From positions 19,530,001-19,594,000 of the forward strand of contig OY740818.1 of NCBI GenBank assembly GCA_963514005.1: a stretch of 64,000 nt of DNA, written 5' to 3'. The notes beneath the pieces are model-generated. The model was not told the DNA's origin, ran no database searches, and saw only the letters and a program-made list of their open reading frames with translations. Below, piece after piece: positions 35,432-46,540 of the stretch; the stretch's first letter is position 1; each line of letters starts with the position of its first letter. This DNA comes from Raja brachyura (taxonomy: Eukaryota). A program made the translations under genes and the position numbers.

Positions 35432-36839
35432 GCTCATTTAAGGAACCACTGCTGCAGCCGATGGCCCCGTTTACACAGAGTGCCTCCAAGATTCGGCGAC
35501 AGAGGATTGACTCAAACCAACAAATACTCCTTCTCTCTGGATTCAATGAATTCAGACTCAGTGCATGCATTGTGGAGCCCATCCCCTCACTCATTGCGGA
35601 AACCTACCTATGTCAGCCAAGGAAAACCCTGGCTTTATTTACATGGTGTAATTAGTCACCTGTGCATTTTCTCTGTTGGTTACCGAAGAAGACTAGGCAG
35701 CTTTCGGGAATCCTTAAAATATTTCTCATCATCAATTCTATATTGTACAGTTGGTAGAATTGCTCGGTGATTAATTTCAGACTTCTCAATAGATCCTACA
35801 TATTGGCATCCTTTTGTGTCAAGGACATAAAGTAGCTTCCATTTCCACTGATAGATATCTCTGCCTTTCTCTACATTGTCCATGCACACTCTCATCACTG
35901 GCATACATAAAAATACACATCCAAGAAATTACATCAAGAAGCACGTCCTTAATCACGGTATTTGGATGACGATTAACATTCAGAACTGATTGTTATTTCC
36001 ATCACCCATTTCTTGATTTATTTATGATCATGTCATTCCTCCAAGCTATTCATTGCTCCTGGGTTCCTGGGAGTTTATGCAATGCGACAGCAAATTGGCT
36101 GCAGTTGGCAGTTCTGCTTTAATTTTCGCCCCAAGTTGGTTTTACCTGCACTTCTAGACTATACTTTCTCCCAACGCACTATTGTTTTGACAAAGCCCAC
36201 TGAATGGCAGTAGATACAAGTGAGAAACTCTGAGGGCAGCTGACAATGTGCCTCCACCATTAGGGAGCAGAAAGAGACCCTACTCAGGCTGAACACCTCG
36301 GAGAATGCAATGCAACTCCAACATAACACAACTCGGGCTTTTCAATTCTCAGAACAGTCTGTGAACCATTTACAGGGTCTTTTAAGTCATGGGTTAGCTG
36401 ACAGTCTGCATGGAAGAATTTTTCTTTTTCGGGTAGATTGCAAGTACACATTATTAATGATCTGATTAATCCTAAATTGAGGAACCAAAAAGAATCAAGT
36501 GGGGCAAGAATAGATAAGAATGGAAGATTTTCTTTGCAGAAGAGCATAAGTGAACCAAATGGTTTTATGGTTAACATCAGAGTCTAAGTTTCCTTTTAAA
36601 TTCCACATTTATTTTATATTTGAATTAAAATTCCCAGGTACTATGATGCAATTTGAATTTGTGCTTCTGATTTCATGGTCCAAAGGTTTGGCTGATGGTC
36701 CAGTGATTTTATTTCTACTCCACACCACCCCTGGAGGACACACAATGCCATCCTGGTGGGAAAACTTGACTAGAACTTCCATTCTTACAGACTGAAATTC
36801 ACAGTCAACTGGTCTCAGGTCATGTTTGACATTAAGTTG

Positions 36840-37127
36840 AATTAGTTTAGTTTAGAGATACAGCACGAAACAGGCCCTTTGGCCTACTAAGTCCGTACTG
36901 ACCAGCGATCCCCGCACACGGACACTAACCTACACTTACTAGGGACAATTAACAATTATACTGAGCCAATTAGCCTACAAACCTGTACATCTTTGGAGTG
37001 TGGGAGGAAACCAGAGATCCTGGAGAAAACCCACGCAGGTCATGGGGAGGATGTACAGGTTCCCTACATACAGTCAAGATCGAACTTGGGGCTCTGCCGC
37101 TGTAAGGCAGCAACTCGCCGTGCTGCC
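36840..37127 (-). mobile_element. V-SINE (HE1-like)
   Basis: Similarity to other copies; (TTTAG)n tail at the left end. Confidence 0.75.
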
Positions 37128-38045
37128 CTGAATGTTAGCGTGACTTCTCTGCTGCTCAGCATACCCACAGTAAAAGGCTCTTGTTCGCTCTTGTTCACTC
37201 TAATCCACCCCATCGTCAGTACGTAGCTCTATTTTAGAATATTCCTGGTATTACATCTTTTACAGTCAGCCTCTCTGTTACAACATTCTACGTAGCACAG
37301 CACATTCCAGTGTAAGACCCTGAATCATCTTTTCCCCCATTTCAAAACTGAACGTTAACAAAAGATTCCAATATAATCTGATACCCAAAGTGTACCGTGC
37401 TCTGTCTCTGCGAGCCCAATGTTCTGAAGATGCGATAATGTAAATTCTGCTTAAGTTAGATGCCCACATTAGTGTCCAAGGATTTTTTTGCATGTATTCT
37501 GCCCCCTCACAAAGGGCAGAAATGGGAGTTTCGCCCCAACAGACTAATATATAGTGTAGATAGTCATACCCCCATATGTAGCTGGGGCATTTGATGAGAT
37601 TATCGATCACAGTAAAATTATCCCAGGCTCAGAAAGCAGCTATGGTAATAAAACAACAAAGGTAATGTCGTCTATTTACTACCACAAACTCACACCCCAC
37701 CAACCTCAAAGGGAGAATGCGAGATGGCTGAATCCACCATTTGGAGATCAGACCCCAGTGAGGCGCAATGTGAAAAAGTATAAATTTCCACCCGATTTTA
37801 TACACACTCAAGATGTGTAAGCAGAGGCAAAGCCATCGCCGCTGCAGCAGTTAATTTTTGTCCTTTAATTTATTATTTATTACTTTTTTAATATTTCTGC
37901 CCCTTAACGGTGGGCATTATGTTGACTCGTGCACAGAATTAGATGTGGCGTGTTTGGTGAGAGTAATTGTCAGCGCCTGAATCTTTCTTTCTTTTTGTTG
38001 TGCTTTCCCCCTTGTGCAGAAAAAATTATTTGTTTTCGTTTTTAG

Positions 38046-38203
38046 GCATCTCGTACCCCTGCTGGTCTGAAGACAGCCCTGTCCCCATCACAAGATTCGA
38101 TGGAACTAACTCAGTCTTTACAAGATATGCAAATGATAGTGTTTATGCAAACTGGATGGTGTCACCGACAGCTGCAAAATTAATGGAGCGTTGTGATACT
38201 TAA
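38046..38203 (+). CDS. ret: RET exon 20 (RET51 isoform tail)
   Basis: ttag|GC; exactly 51 aa [51 protein letters not shown], containing the YANW Grb2 site (Y1096 equivalent). Confidence 0.96.
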
Positions 38204-39534
38204 AAAGCCCACGACAAGCCAATTGCTATGTGTGCACATTCATACCTTATTCCCTCAGCACACACACAGACACATACTCCCTCCTCCGCAAGCTTTAAAC
38301 TGGGCGAAATGGATGAATTCCTAACTGCTTGCTCCCAACATGGTGTGAGGAATGGGTGACCTCTGAACCCTCACAACTTGACCTATTGCTTCAACGAGGC
38401 CTCCTTGATCCAGCCTCATCCCATTTCCCTAATGTGATTGCTACCACCGTGCCTGAAATGATCTGGTGTTTGTTTAATTATCTGAGGAACTGAGGAAAGG
38501 AAGAGACATTGAGAGGTGGATTGGGAGCCACGAGGGCCTAGCAGTGGAGGAAGGAAATGCTGGAGCCATGATGATTGGAAAGATAGGTGAAATAATATAC
38601 GTAGCTTTAATGGTGACAGCAATTTGTGTGTCAATTCTAATTTTCTGTGGCTAAAGGAATTAGATATTTAGAACAATGAAGTAAACCAAAACACAATGGC
38701 TTTGCAGCTGCCTCGCAGTTATTGACTATTACCTACAACACCAGTCTAGGTTTCAATCTCAATGGCTGAATTATTTGAGCAGTATTGGCTGCTTCTGGCT
38801 GTAAATCAGTTCTCTTGACATGCACACATTGTACATCCCACAATGTTTCCCTATTATTCAGCATGTATCCTGGAAGTCCTGAGTTGTGGGAATATCAAAG
38901 CACAGTATTAGAAGAAGTGTAGGCCAAGCAGCCTTTGGGCTCACAGTGGCTTTCTGATAGATCAAGGCCACCCTGTCTGACCATACCACGTACCCATCTT
39001 AGTTTCAGAACTCCTGGCACTCTCACTGAATTTATTAATCTTCAAAAGTTTCAATTGGTTCATAATCAACAAAGAGAGATTGACGTTTCTGACCAGTTAT
39101 GGATCACAAATATCAGTGTTCCCCGGATTCCAGAACAAAGGAGAATCTAGATGACAAATTAGCCTATTAACTGATTATGAACCAGTGAACAACTGATTGG
39201 TTGTTGCAAATTAGAGCAACGTGGTGCTGGGACAATAGACTCAACAGCAGGATAATTGCACCTAGGCCCCGGGTAGTCATCTTGATGGCCAGCTGATTTT
39301 TGACTGAAGGAAACAACCTGAACTTGGATAGTATTAAGGGAATCACCTCGGGGATGGCACTAGCTGTTACACAGGACCACAAGTATTTCTAGTCATGGCT
39401 GACTCTTATGGTGTGAGGTTTGCGGGAAGCCATTGCTGCTGCTTTTCTGAGTAAGACTGGGGTGAGTCAGTGATGAAGGACAGAAGTATTCACAGCCTGA
39501 GGTCGTGCGAAATTATAACACACACGGATCAACT

Positions 39535-40460
39535 TAACAACAACAACTTGCATTTATATTGTAACTTGCATATAGCTAAGCACATTTTAAAGTTGTGTTA
39601 TTAAACAAATTTTAAGATATTAATGCTATGTCTAAAACTTTAGTGGGGCTTAAGAATTATCTTAAAGGAAGAAAGATGGAGAGAGAAGTGGAAAGGTAAT
39701 AAGGCCCAGCTACGGTTGCCAATGGTCCAGCAATTATATTTAGGGTTAGGCTAAAAGTCTAAAAGTGGAGGGACATGAACATTCCTGAAGACTAGAGGAA
39801 ATGAGCAACATAGGGAGTGTACCACTATGGGGCCATTTGATGATAGCAATAGTTTAAGGTTAAGATTTTGCTTAAGCAGGAGCCAGTATAGGTCACAAGC
39901 ACAAGGGCGAGGGGTGAACAAGACTTGGTGTGGGCTGCAAGACAAATTGTAGTATTTGGGCTGCCTCAGTTTTTCAGAGCCAGGGAGCCCACCCTAGAAT
40001 AGGTAGGTCTAGAAGTAAGAAAGGCAGATAAGGGTCTCAGCAACAGCAGCTGAGTTGAGGTAGGGGACTATTTGGGTGATGTTATGCGGATATGATGGCA
40101 GGAAGATATGACCCAGTACTCCTTTCTGAGGTCAAATACAATACCAAAGTTGCAAACAAGTTGCTCAGGTCCTGATTGTTGCCAGGGTAAGGGTGAAGTC
40201 ACCGGCCTTGACAATGATGCATAGCCAGTGGCTGAAGGAGTTAGCTTTAGTCCTTCTGATATTCGGTGTAAGAAATATCTGGAGTCAGACAAACGATCTT
40301 ACAATTTAGAGAGTGTGGAGAAGAAGGCACTGGTGAGGTTAAGCTGGGTATTGTCAGTGCACATGTGGAAACTGACACAGGGTTTTGTGGTAAGATATAG
40401 ACAAGAAATAGAAGGGAGACAAGGACAGATCTTTGGGGTACACCAGATGTGATGGCATTG
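39535..40460 (-). mobile_element. Old L2 LINE 3' fragment
   Basis: Minus-strand FTP..CDLYWLLLKQNLNLKLLL resembles the L2 ORF2 C-terminal ITPVL..LHWLPV..RIxFK motif; (TTG)n tail at ~39540. Confidence 0.55.
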
Positions 40461-41107
40461 GTGCAGCAAGAAAAATCATTGATACTGATTCTTGGCGAGA
40501 ACTGGAAAAATTAATTTAAACAGAGTTGATTCGGCAAACAACACAATGCTAAACAAACACTGCAAAACTAAAATCGGGATAATGACAACTATCTTATTGT
40601 ACTTGGCCACACTCTGAATTGATGCGGGGTTAGAAAGCCCAAGAATCAGCATGTGTATGAGCTGATGCTGCAGCCTTAGTATTTCTATTTCTGCTGGAGC
40701 TGGGATGAGGCACCCCATTTCTCCGTCACACCTGATCTACAGGAAGCACCCCATTGACACAGAAATGAGTTGTGTTGTTCGAGATGAGAGTTGGTTCTGC
40801 CTAAGCTCCCAAAGAATGAGGGTGAGGTTGGCCTTTTGTGACTAAAGGTTGTGTGTGTATCAATATGTCGCAGCACCCAGAGATGGTGCAGTAAACTTTT
40901 TATAAAGCTGCTTTGAATGATTTGAGTGGAGAAAGGAAGGCCAATAACATAGGATTTGTGACCTTAGATGCACTGTATATATCCTTACCAGGGTTGCTAA
41001 GTTTTTTTTTAAGCTGTAATGTGAAAGGGGGGGAAATGTAGATTTTATTCACTTCCCTTTCAAACAGCCAATTGAACACACAATGTTAGTGCGGCCCCAA
41101 CACCACA

Positions 41108-41121
41108 CCGCCATCTGCTGG
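41108..41121 (-). promoter_or_regulatory. CTCF motif
   Basis: Minus strand CCAGCAGATGGCGG, 14/14 match to CCRSYAGRKGGCRS. Confidence 0.6.
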
Positions 41122-41879
41122 GAGGCGCTAAATGACACCAATGCTGACAATATTGAGTTAATAGCCACAGAAATGGAGCATATAATGTTAGTGTATTACA
41201 CTGTGAATACTTGCCACAGTCAAGGGCATGGGGCTTTAATGGAGATAATGACTTACGCTATCCGTTTCAGTTTCACACCTCTCTTGAAACAATAACTCAA
41301 CTAATTTGAGCTAACTATAATTATTAATAGAAATAGTGGAAGAAGTTTAGGAGTGGTGATTCAGAAAATATCTTCATTATTGTGACAAATTGTTTAAGTG
41401 ATGTTTGGGAAAATTAATGCTATCTAATGTGTAATGAATGTTTACAGATACTCGCCAGAAATTGAGATGATTCTTTATGAATCAGGAAACCATTTTGAAG
41501 CCCCATCCCAACAGTAGTCAGTTTCCAAATAATGAAAAAAATATTGAAAGAGGGAATTCTCAATAATCTAAATTTCTTCTTTACTCATAATCCCAAATCC
41601 CTTGGGATAGGATGATCCGATGATCATATTTTTACTTCCTTCTTCTGACAAAAAAAAATTGGTTTGTCAAGAAACCTCATCACTGCCAGACATCCATTAC
41701 GTTTGAATGTACCAAGAGTGCAGTTGTAACCACTGCACAAAAATGATTCAACTCTCGCCTCCATCTAAAATATCAAATGATACAAAGTGAGCTTGAATTT
41801 TTAAAGTGAATGTGCACCAGGTGATCGTTGGACTCCTAGGCTCAGCTACCTTCTCACCAATATGTTGTTGAAATCCTTC

Positions 41880-42440
41880 ATTGAACATACAACAGTACAA
41901 CACAGGATGCCCACAATGTCTGTGTAGAACATGATGCCAAGACCAGCTTTTAGCTGCCTACACATAACCTATATTGCTTCATTCCCTGCATACCTATGTG
42001 CCTATCCAAAGTCTCTCCAATGCCAATATCATATCTGCCTCCACCATCACCCTCGGCAGCATATTCAAGGCACTCGCTACCCTCTGTGTCAAAATACTTG
42101 TCACATCTCACTTTCTCCTCTCATCTTAAAGCTATGCCCTCCAGTATTTGATACTACCATCCTAGAAAAAAGGTACCTCATCTGTGCCTCTGATAATTTT
42201 ATATACCTCTCTCAGGTCTCCTCACAGCCTCTGGGGTTCCAGAGAAAACAATTCAAGTCTTTCCAACCGCTCCTTCTGGCTAATATCCCTAATCCAAGTA
42301 TAATTCTGGTAAACCTCTGCATCCTTTCCCAAGCCTCCACGTCGGGGCGATGAGAACTGCGCACAATACTCCAAATATGGCCTAACCAAAGTCCTATAAA
42401 GCTGCATCATGACTTCCTGACTCCCATACTCAATCCCTAG
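41880..42440 (-). mobile_element. CR1 LINE 3' fragment
   Basis: GIEYGSQEVMMQLYRTLVRPYLEYCAQF. Confidence 0.85.
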
Positions 42441-43229
42441 ACAAAAGTGAGATGACCGCAGTTGGAATCGATTTTGGTCCGAGCAATGTTTTACAACAGT
42501 GTGGAGCTTTGCAGGATGGAACACAGATCAGAGATAGGGTTGTAGCACAAAGGAGTCGAATCTGTCACGAGGGAAAACCGCCCAGCATAGCTGCTTGCTT
42601 AGGAAACATCTTCATAAAATTAGCCTTTATATGTATATGACACACTTCAAGTGCCTTTGCATGAATGTGCATGTGCATATACATGTGTATAGGGTAGAAA
42701 TGGTAGGGAAAGCTTACTATTAGTTAGGCGGTGGATGTTCATTGCACCTAGCCCAATCTTTTTTCCCCATTAAAGGTGTGTAATTGGGCCATTGTCCACT
42801 GTGTCCTAGGTTACATCCCTCCCTCAACCAATGCCACCGAAAGATTGGCTTGTTATGGCAGTGTATGGATCTTTGCTGACAGATCTTGCCTGTTGTTCTG
42901 TCACTGTGACTTAGACCCATGGTGCACAGATTTCCTTTGCCTTGGTATTCGCAGCACAATTCAGGAGCAAATCTATCTTCTTGGCCTTGCCTGTTCTCTT
43001 TGTAGCATTGTGTTTCCTAGTTGTTAATTCACACCAAAAGAATTTGGAAATATATTTTTAAAATATAAAAATTATCTTAACTAATGTCATACAATTCTGT
43101 TAATTAGAACTAATTTATTAATTTTGAGGATTACTATTTAAACTGAATATTTCAGTATTTTTTCAACCATAATGATATTTGTTTCTGCATTTGTTGTGTA
43201 GTGGGCATAATATTGATAATCTGTTATGC

Positions 43230-43275
43230 AATAAATAATGTATCATGGATGTAAATCTTTTTTGCATAAAATAAA
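43230..43275 (+). terminator. Candidate RET51 polyadenylation signals
   Basis: AATAAA at 43230 and 43270 at the end of an AT-rich block (43040-43300), followed by T-rich sequence. Confidence 0.5.
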
Positions 43276-43399
43276 TAGATTACTCTCTCAGCTATGTTTC
43301 TATTGATTCAATTTGTTTTGAAACTGCTGTTGAAGCAGGAATTATTTTCAGTTTTGGTTGTGGACTGGCCTGTCCGATGAGTGTGTCCTGAAGGAAAAT

Positions 43400-43930
43400 G
43401 ACAAGTGGACCAGTAGCATAGCTATTCGAGCTGATGCGACACCACGCCACTGGTTCAATCCTGTCCTTGGGTGCTGTCTGTGTGGAATTTACATATTCTC
43501 CGGCTGAGTTTACACCCACATCACAAAACGTGCGGGACTGTGGGTTAATTGGGTACTGTAAATTATCTGTAGTGTGTAGACAAGTGGTAGAATCTGTGAG
43601 AATGTGGGTAGAATAAAAATGGGGGTCATGTAGGATCAGTGTAAAAGATAAACATAAAAAACGGAAGTAACTCAGCATCTGCGGAGAAAAGGAATAGGTG
43701 ACGTTTCAGGTCGAGACGCTTCTTCAGACTGGAAGGGTCTCAACTCAAAATGTCACCTATTCCTTTTCTCCAGAGATCCTGCCTGATGCGTTGAGTTACT
43801 CCAGCTTTTTGTGTCTATCTTTGGCGTAAACCAGCATCTGCAATTCTTACAGATCAGTGTAAAGGATGCTTGATGATCAGTGTGATCGACAAATGCTGAA
43901 GGCACTGTTTCTGTACTGTAAATGTCTCTT
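43400..43930 (+). mobile_element. V-SINE interrupted by an inverted Penelope-like insertion
   Basis: SINE core 43450-43640 resumes at ~43864; GATCAGTGTAAA duplicated at 43634-43645 and 43852-43863. Confidence 0.75.
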
Positions 43931-44316
43931 ACTCTAGGCAACTGCCTCCTCTCTGTTCTGTGGTTCTGCAGTGCTATTCACATTTGATGGGTGTTCCAAA
44001 ATAGGTGGGCACTTGGCATGGATACCTGTTCTTCTCCAAAGTAGTTATTCAGGATATTGTATGCTCAAGTATAGGCCAGACAGTGGTTTAATGTGGCAGG
44101 GAATGCAAAGGAGTAATGCAAATACGATGGATACGGTAGAAGGCAGCTGATCTACCTGCTGCACAACAGCTTTAGTGCAAGTTGAAAGTAGAGCCTGATG
44201 AATGTGTTCAACATTCTCTTGGAACTTCACTATCTCAGTTGTGAAAGAAGAAACATCTCTACCCAAAGGTTAGTGAGATTGTAGAATTCTCTGTCACAAC
44301 GAATGGCAAATTTAAG

Positions 44317-45082
44317 GTGAGAAAGAACTATCTAAATGGCGTCAAGTTGGGAAAAGGGGAAGTACAACGGGCTCTGGGGGTCCTTGTACATCAGTCCATG
44401 AAAGTAAGCATGCAGGTACAGCAGGCAGAGAAGAAAGCAAATGGCATGTTGGCCTTTATAACAAGAGGAATTGAATACAGGAGCAAAGAGGTCATTCTGC
44501 AGTTGTACAGAGCCCTAGTGAGACCACACCTGGAGTATTGTGTGCAGTTTTGGTCCCCTAATTTGAGGGACATTCTTGCTATTGAGGGAGTGCAGCGTAG
44601 GTTTACAAGGTTAATTCCCGGGATGGCGGGACTGTCACATGCTGAGAGAATGGAGCAGCTGGGCTTGTGCACTCTGGAGTTTAGAAGGATGAGAGGATAT
44701 CTCATTGAAACATAAAAAATTGTTAAGGGCTTGGACACACTAGAGGCAGGAAACATGTTCCCGATGTTGGGGGAGTCCAGAACCAGGGGCCACAGTTTAA
44801 GAATAAGGAGTAAACCATTTAGAACGGAGACGATGAAACACTTTTTCTCACAGAGAGTGGTGAGTCTGTGGAATTCTCTGACCCAGAGGGCAGTGGAGGC
44901 AGGTTCTCTGGATGCTTTCAAGAGAGAGCTACATAGGGCTCTTAAAAATAGCGGAGTCAGGGAATATGGGGAGGGCAGGAATGGGGTACTGATTGGAGTT
45001 GATCAGCCATGATCACATTGAATGGTGGTGCTGGCTCGAAGGGACAAATGGGCCTACTCCTGCACCTATTGTCTATTGTCTA
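44317..45082 (+). mobile_element. Young CR1 LINE, 5'-truncated (ORF2 C-terminus and 3'UTR)
   Basis: KKANGMLAFITRGIEYRSKEVILQLYRALVRPHLEYCVQFWSP..SRTRGHSLRI..FFSQRVVSLWNSL; in-frame stop at 44713; (CTATTGT)n tail. Confidence 0.93.
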
Positions 45083-45270
45083 AAAAACACATGTGACAGA
45101 AAAGTGTAAAGAGAATTATACTGATAAATTGAGATGAAGAAGATCAGTAAGAGACTGGAGTGTAGCATAAATATTTGCATAGAGCGTTTGGGCCAAATTG
45201 CTTCATTATGTATGTTTTTAGATCCAATACAGTCTTATGTAGCTAGAGGTACAGCAGGACTTTGGTATAG

Positions 45271-45284
45271 CCACAAGGTGGCAG
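45271..45284 (+). promoter_or_regulatory. CTCF motif
   Basis: CCACAAGGTGGCAG, 13/14 match to the CTCF core consensus. Confidence 0.5.
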
Positions 45285-46229
45285 ACTGTGCACAGCCGGT
45301 CATTGCTCATACTGTCCCAAAATAATTGAAATCAGCTTTTTAGCTTCCAGCCAGATGTAGACACAAGGAACTGCAGATGCTGGAATCTTATGTAGAACAC
45401 AAAGTACTGGAGTAACTTAGCGGGCCAGGCAGCATCTCTGGAGGACATGGATAGTGATGTTTTGAAATCGGGACCCTTCTTCAGATTTAGTTCCTAGCCT
45501 TTGACCAGGTCTTTAGTGCAGCCCAAGAATATAAGCAACTTTTTGGAAACTCTCCAGACAAATCTGATTTTTCACTGAGAAAGTTTTACTTCCTGAACTT
45601 AACACGAGAGATTGAAAATAGAACTAATATTCCAGATGTAGGAGAGTTTTGTAGTGAAAATGTCTGGGCCTCAGGAGGCACGATCCATGTCGGAAGGTTT
45701 AGGATGAGATATTAATAGCAAGAAAAGAAATATTATTTTCAGACTATTCTGCACGGCTATTGGGAATGTACATGATGACTACTAATGAAATATATTAATT
45801 TAGGTCCTCACCTTTATTGCTTGGAGATTCTGGGGCAATTCCTTGGCTGCCTGCATGTCTGTGCTTGCAGCTTTACCATAGATACGGATGCAGGTTTGGG
45901 CATTGTTTCAATCTGTCAAACCAACCTTTGCCAGCTGTGAATGTTTCTGAGCTATCTCCATTTACCAGTAAGTGTTTCTGAGCTATCTCCTTCTTCTTCC
46001 AGCAAGCTCCTTGCTTTTTCCATGATTATAAGTTGGCTTAATGGCTTGTTGCAATGTGTTTGGTCATCCACCCAAATGCAAAACATATCTTCCATTTTTC
46101 CAAAGAAAAATTATTCCTTGACCACATTGGTGATAACCGCGAGGTTGGCATGGCAGCAGCTTTTATCTCAACTGCATTTTTAATAAAGGTTCTAATCATT
46201 GATTCAATCACGTTCAAAGATTTATCAAC

Positions 46230-46540
46230 ATCCATATGATGCTCACAAGCTTCCAAATGCCTCAACACTTGTAGTGTTACATCCAACGGACACAGAGGGG
46301 ATGTAGCATTTTGTCATGGAGTCTTTGAACGCATCCTTGAATCTTTCCCTTTATCAACCTACTAATCCTTTCCCATGACAGAGCTTGGAATAAAGTATAT
46401 TTTTCTTGAGTATAATACTTGGCAGATAATCGATGCTAGCACGGCTAATGTTGCTGACTAAGCCTGTCTAGGACTCAATGCCAGGGATATTGACCTGGAA
46501 CAGGATATTGACGTTGCCTTGCTTCAACATACAGTGAATC
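46230..46540 (-). mobile_element. Old RTE-clade LINE fragment
   Basis: Minus strand KNILYSKLCHGK..RERFKDAFKDSMTKC resembles RTE ORF2 KQLLYGEL..GKR..RKRYKD.LK; contains stops. Confidence 0.6.

Noticed and set aside
38189-38203. C-terminal RCDT as a CaaX prenylation motif
   Set aside because: Cys is third from the end, not fourth.
38204-43300. RET43-type exon 21
   Set aside because: No matching sequence seen; that isoform is reported mainly in primates.
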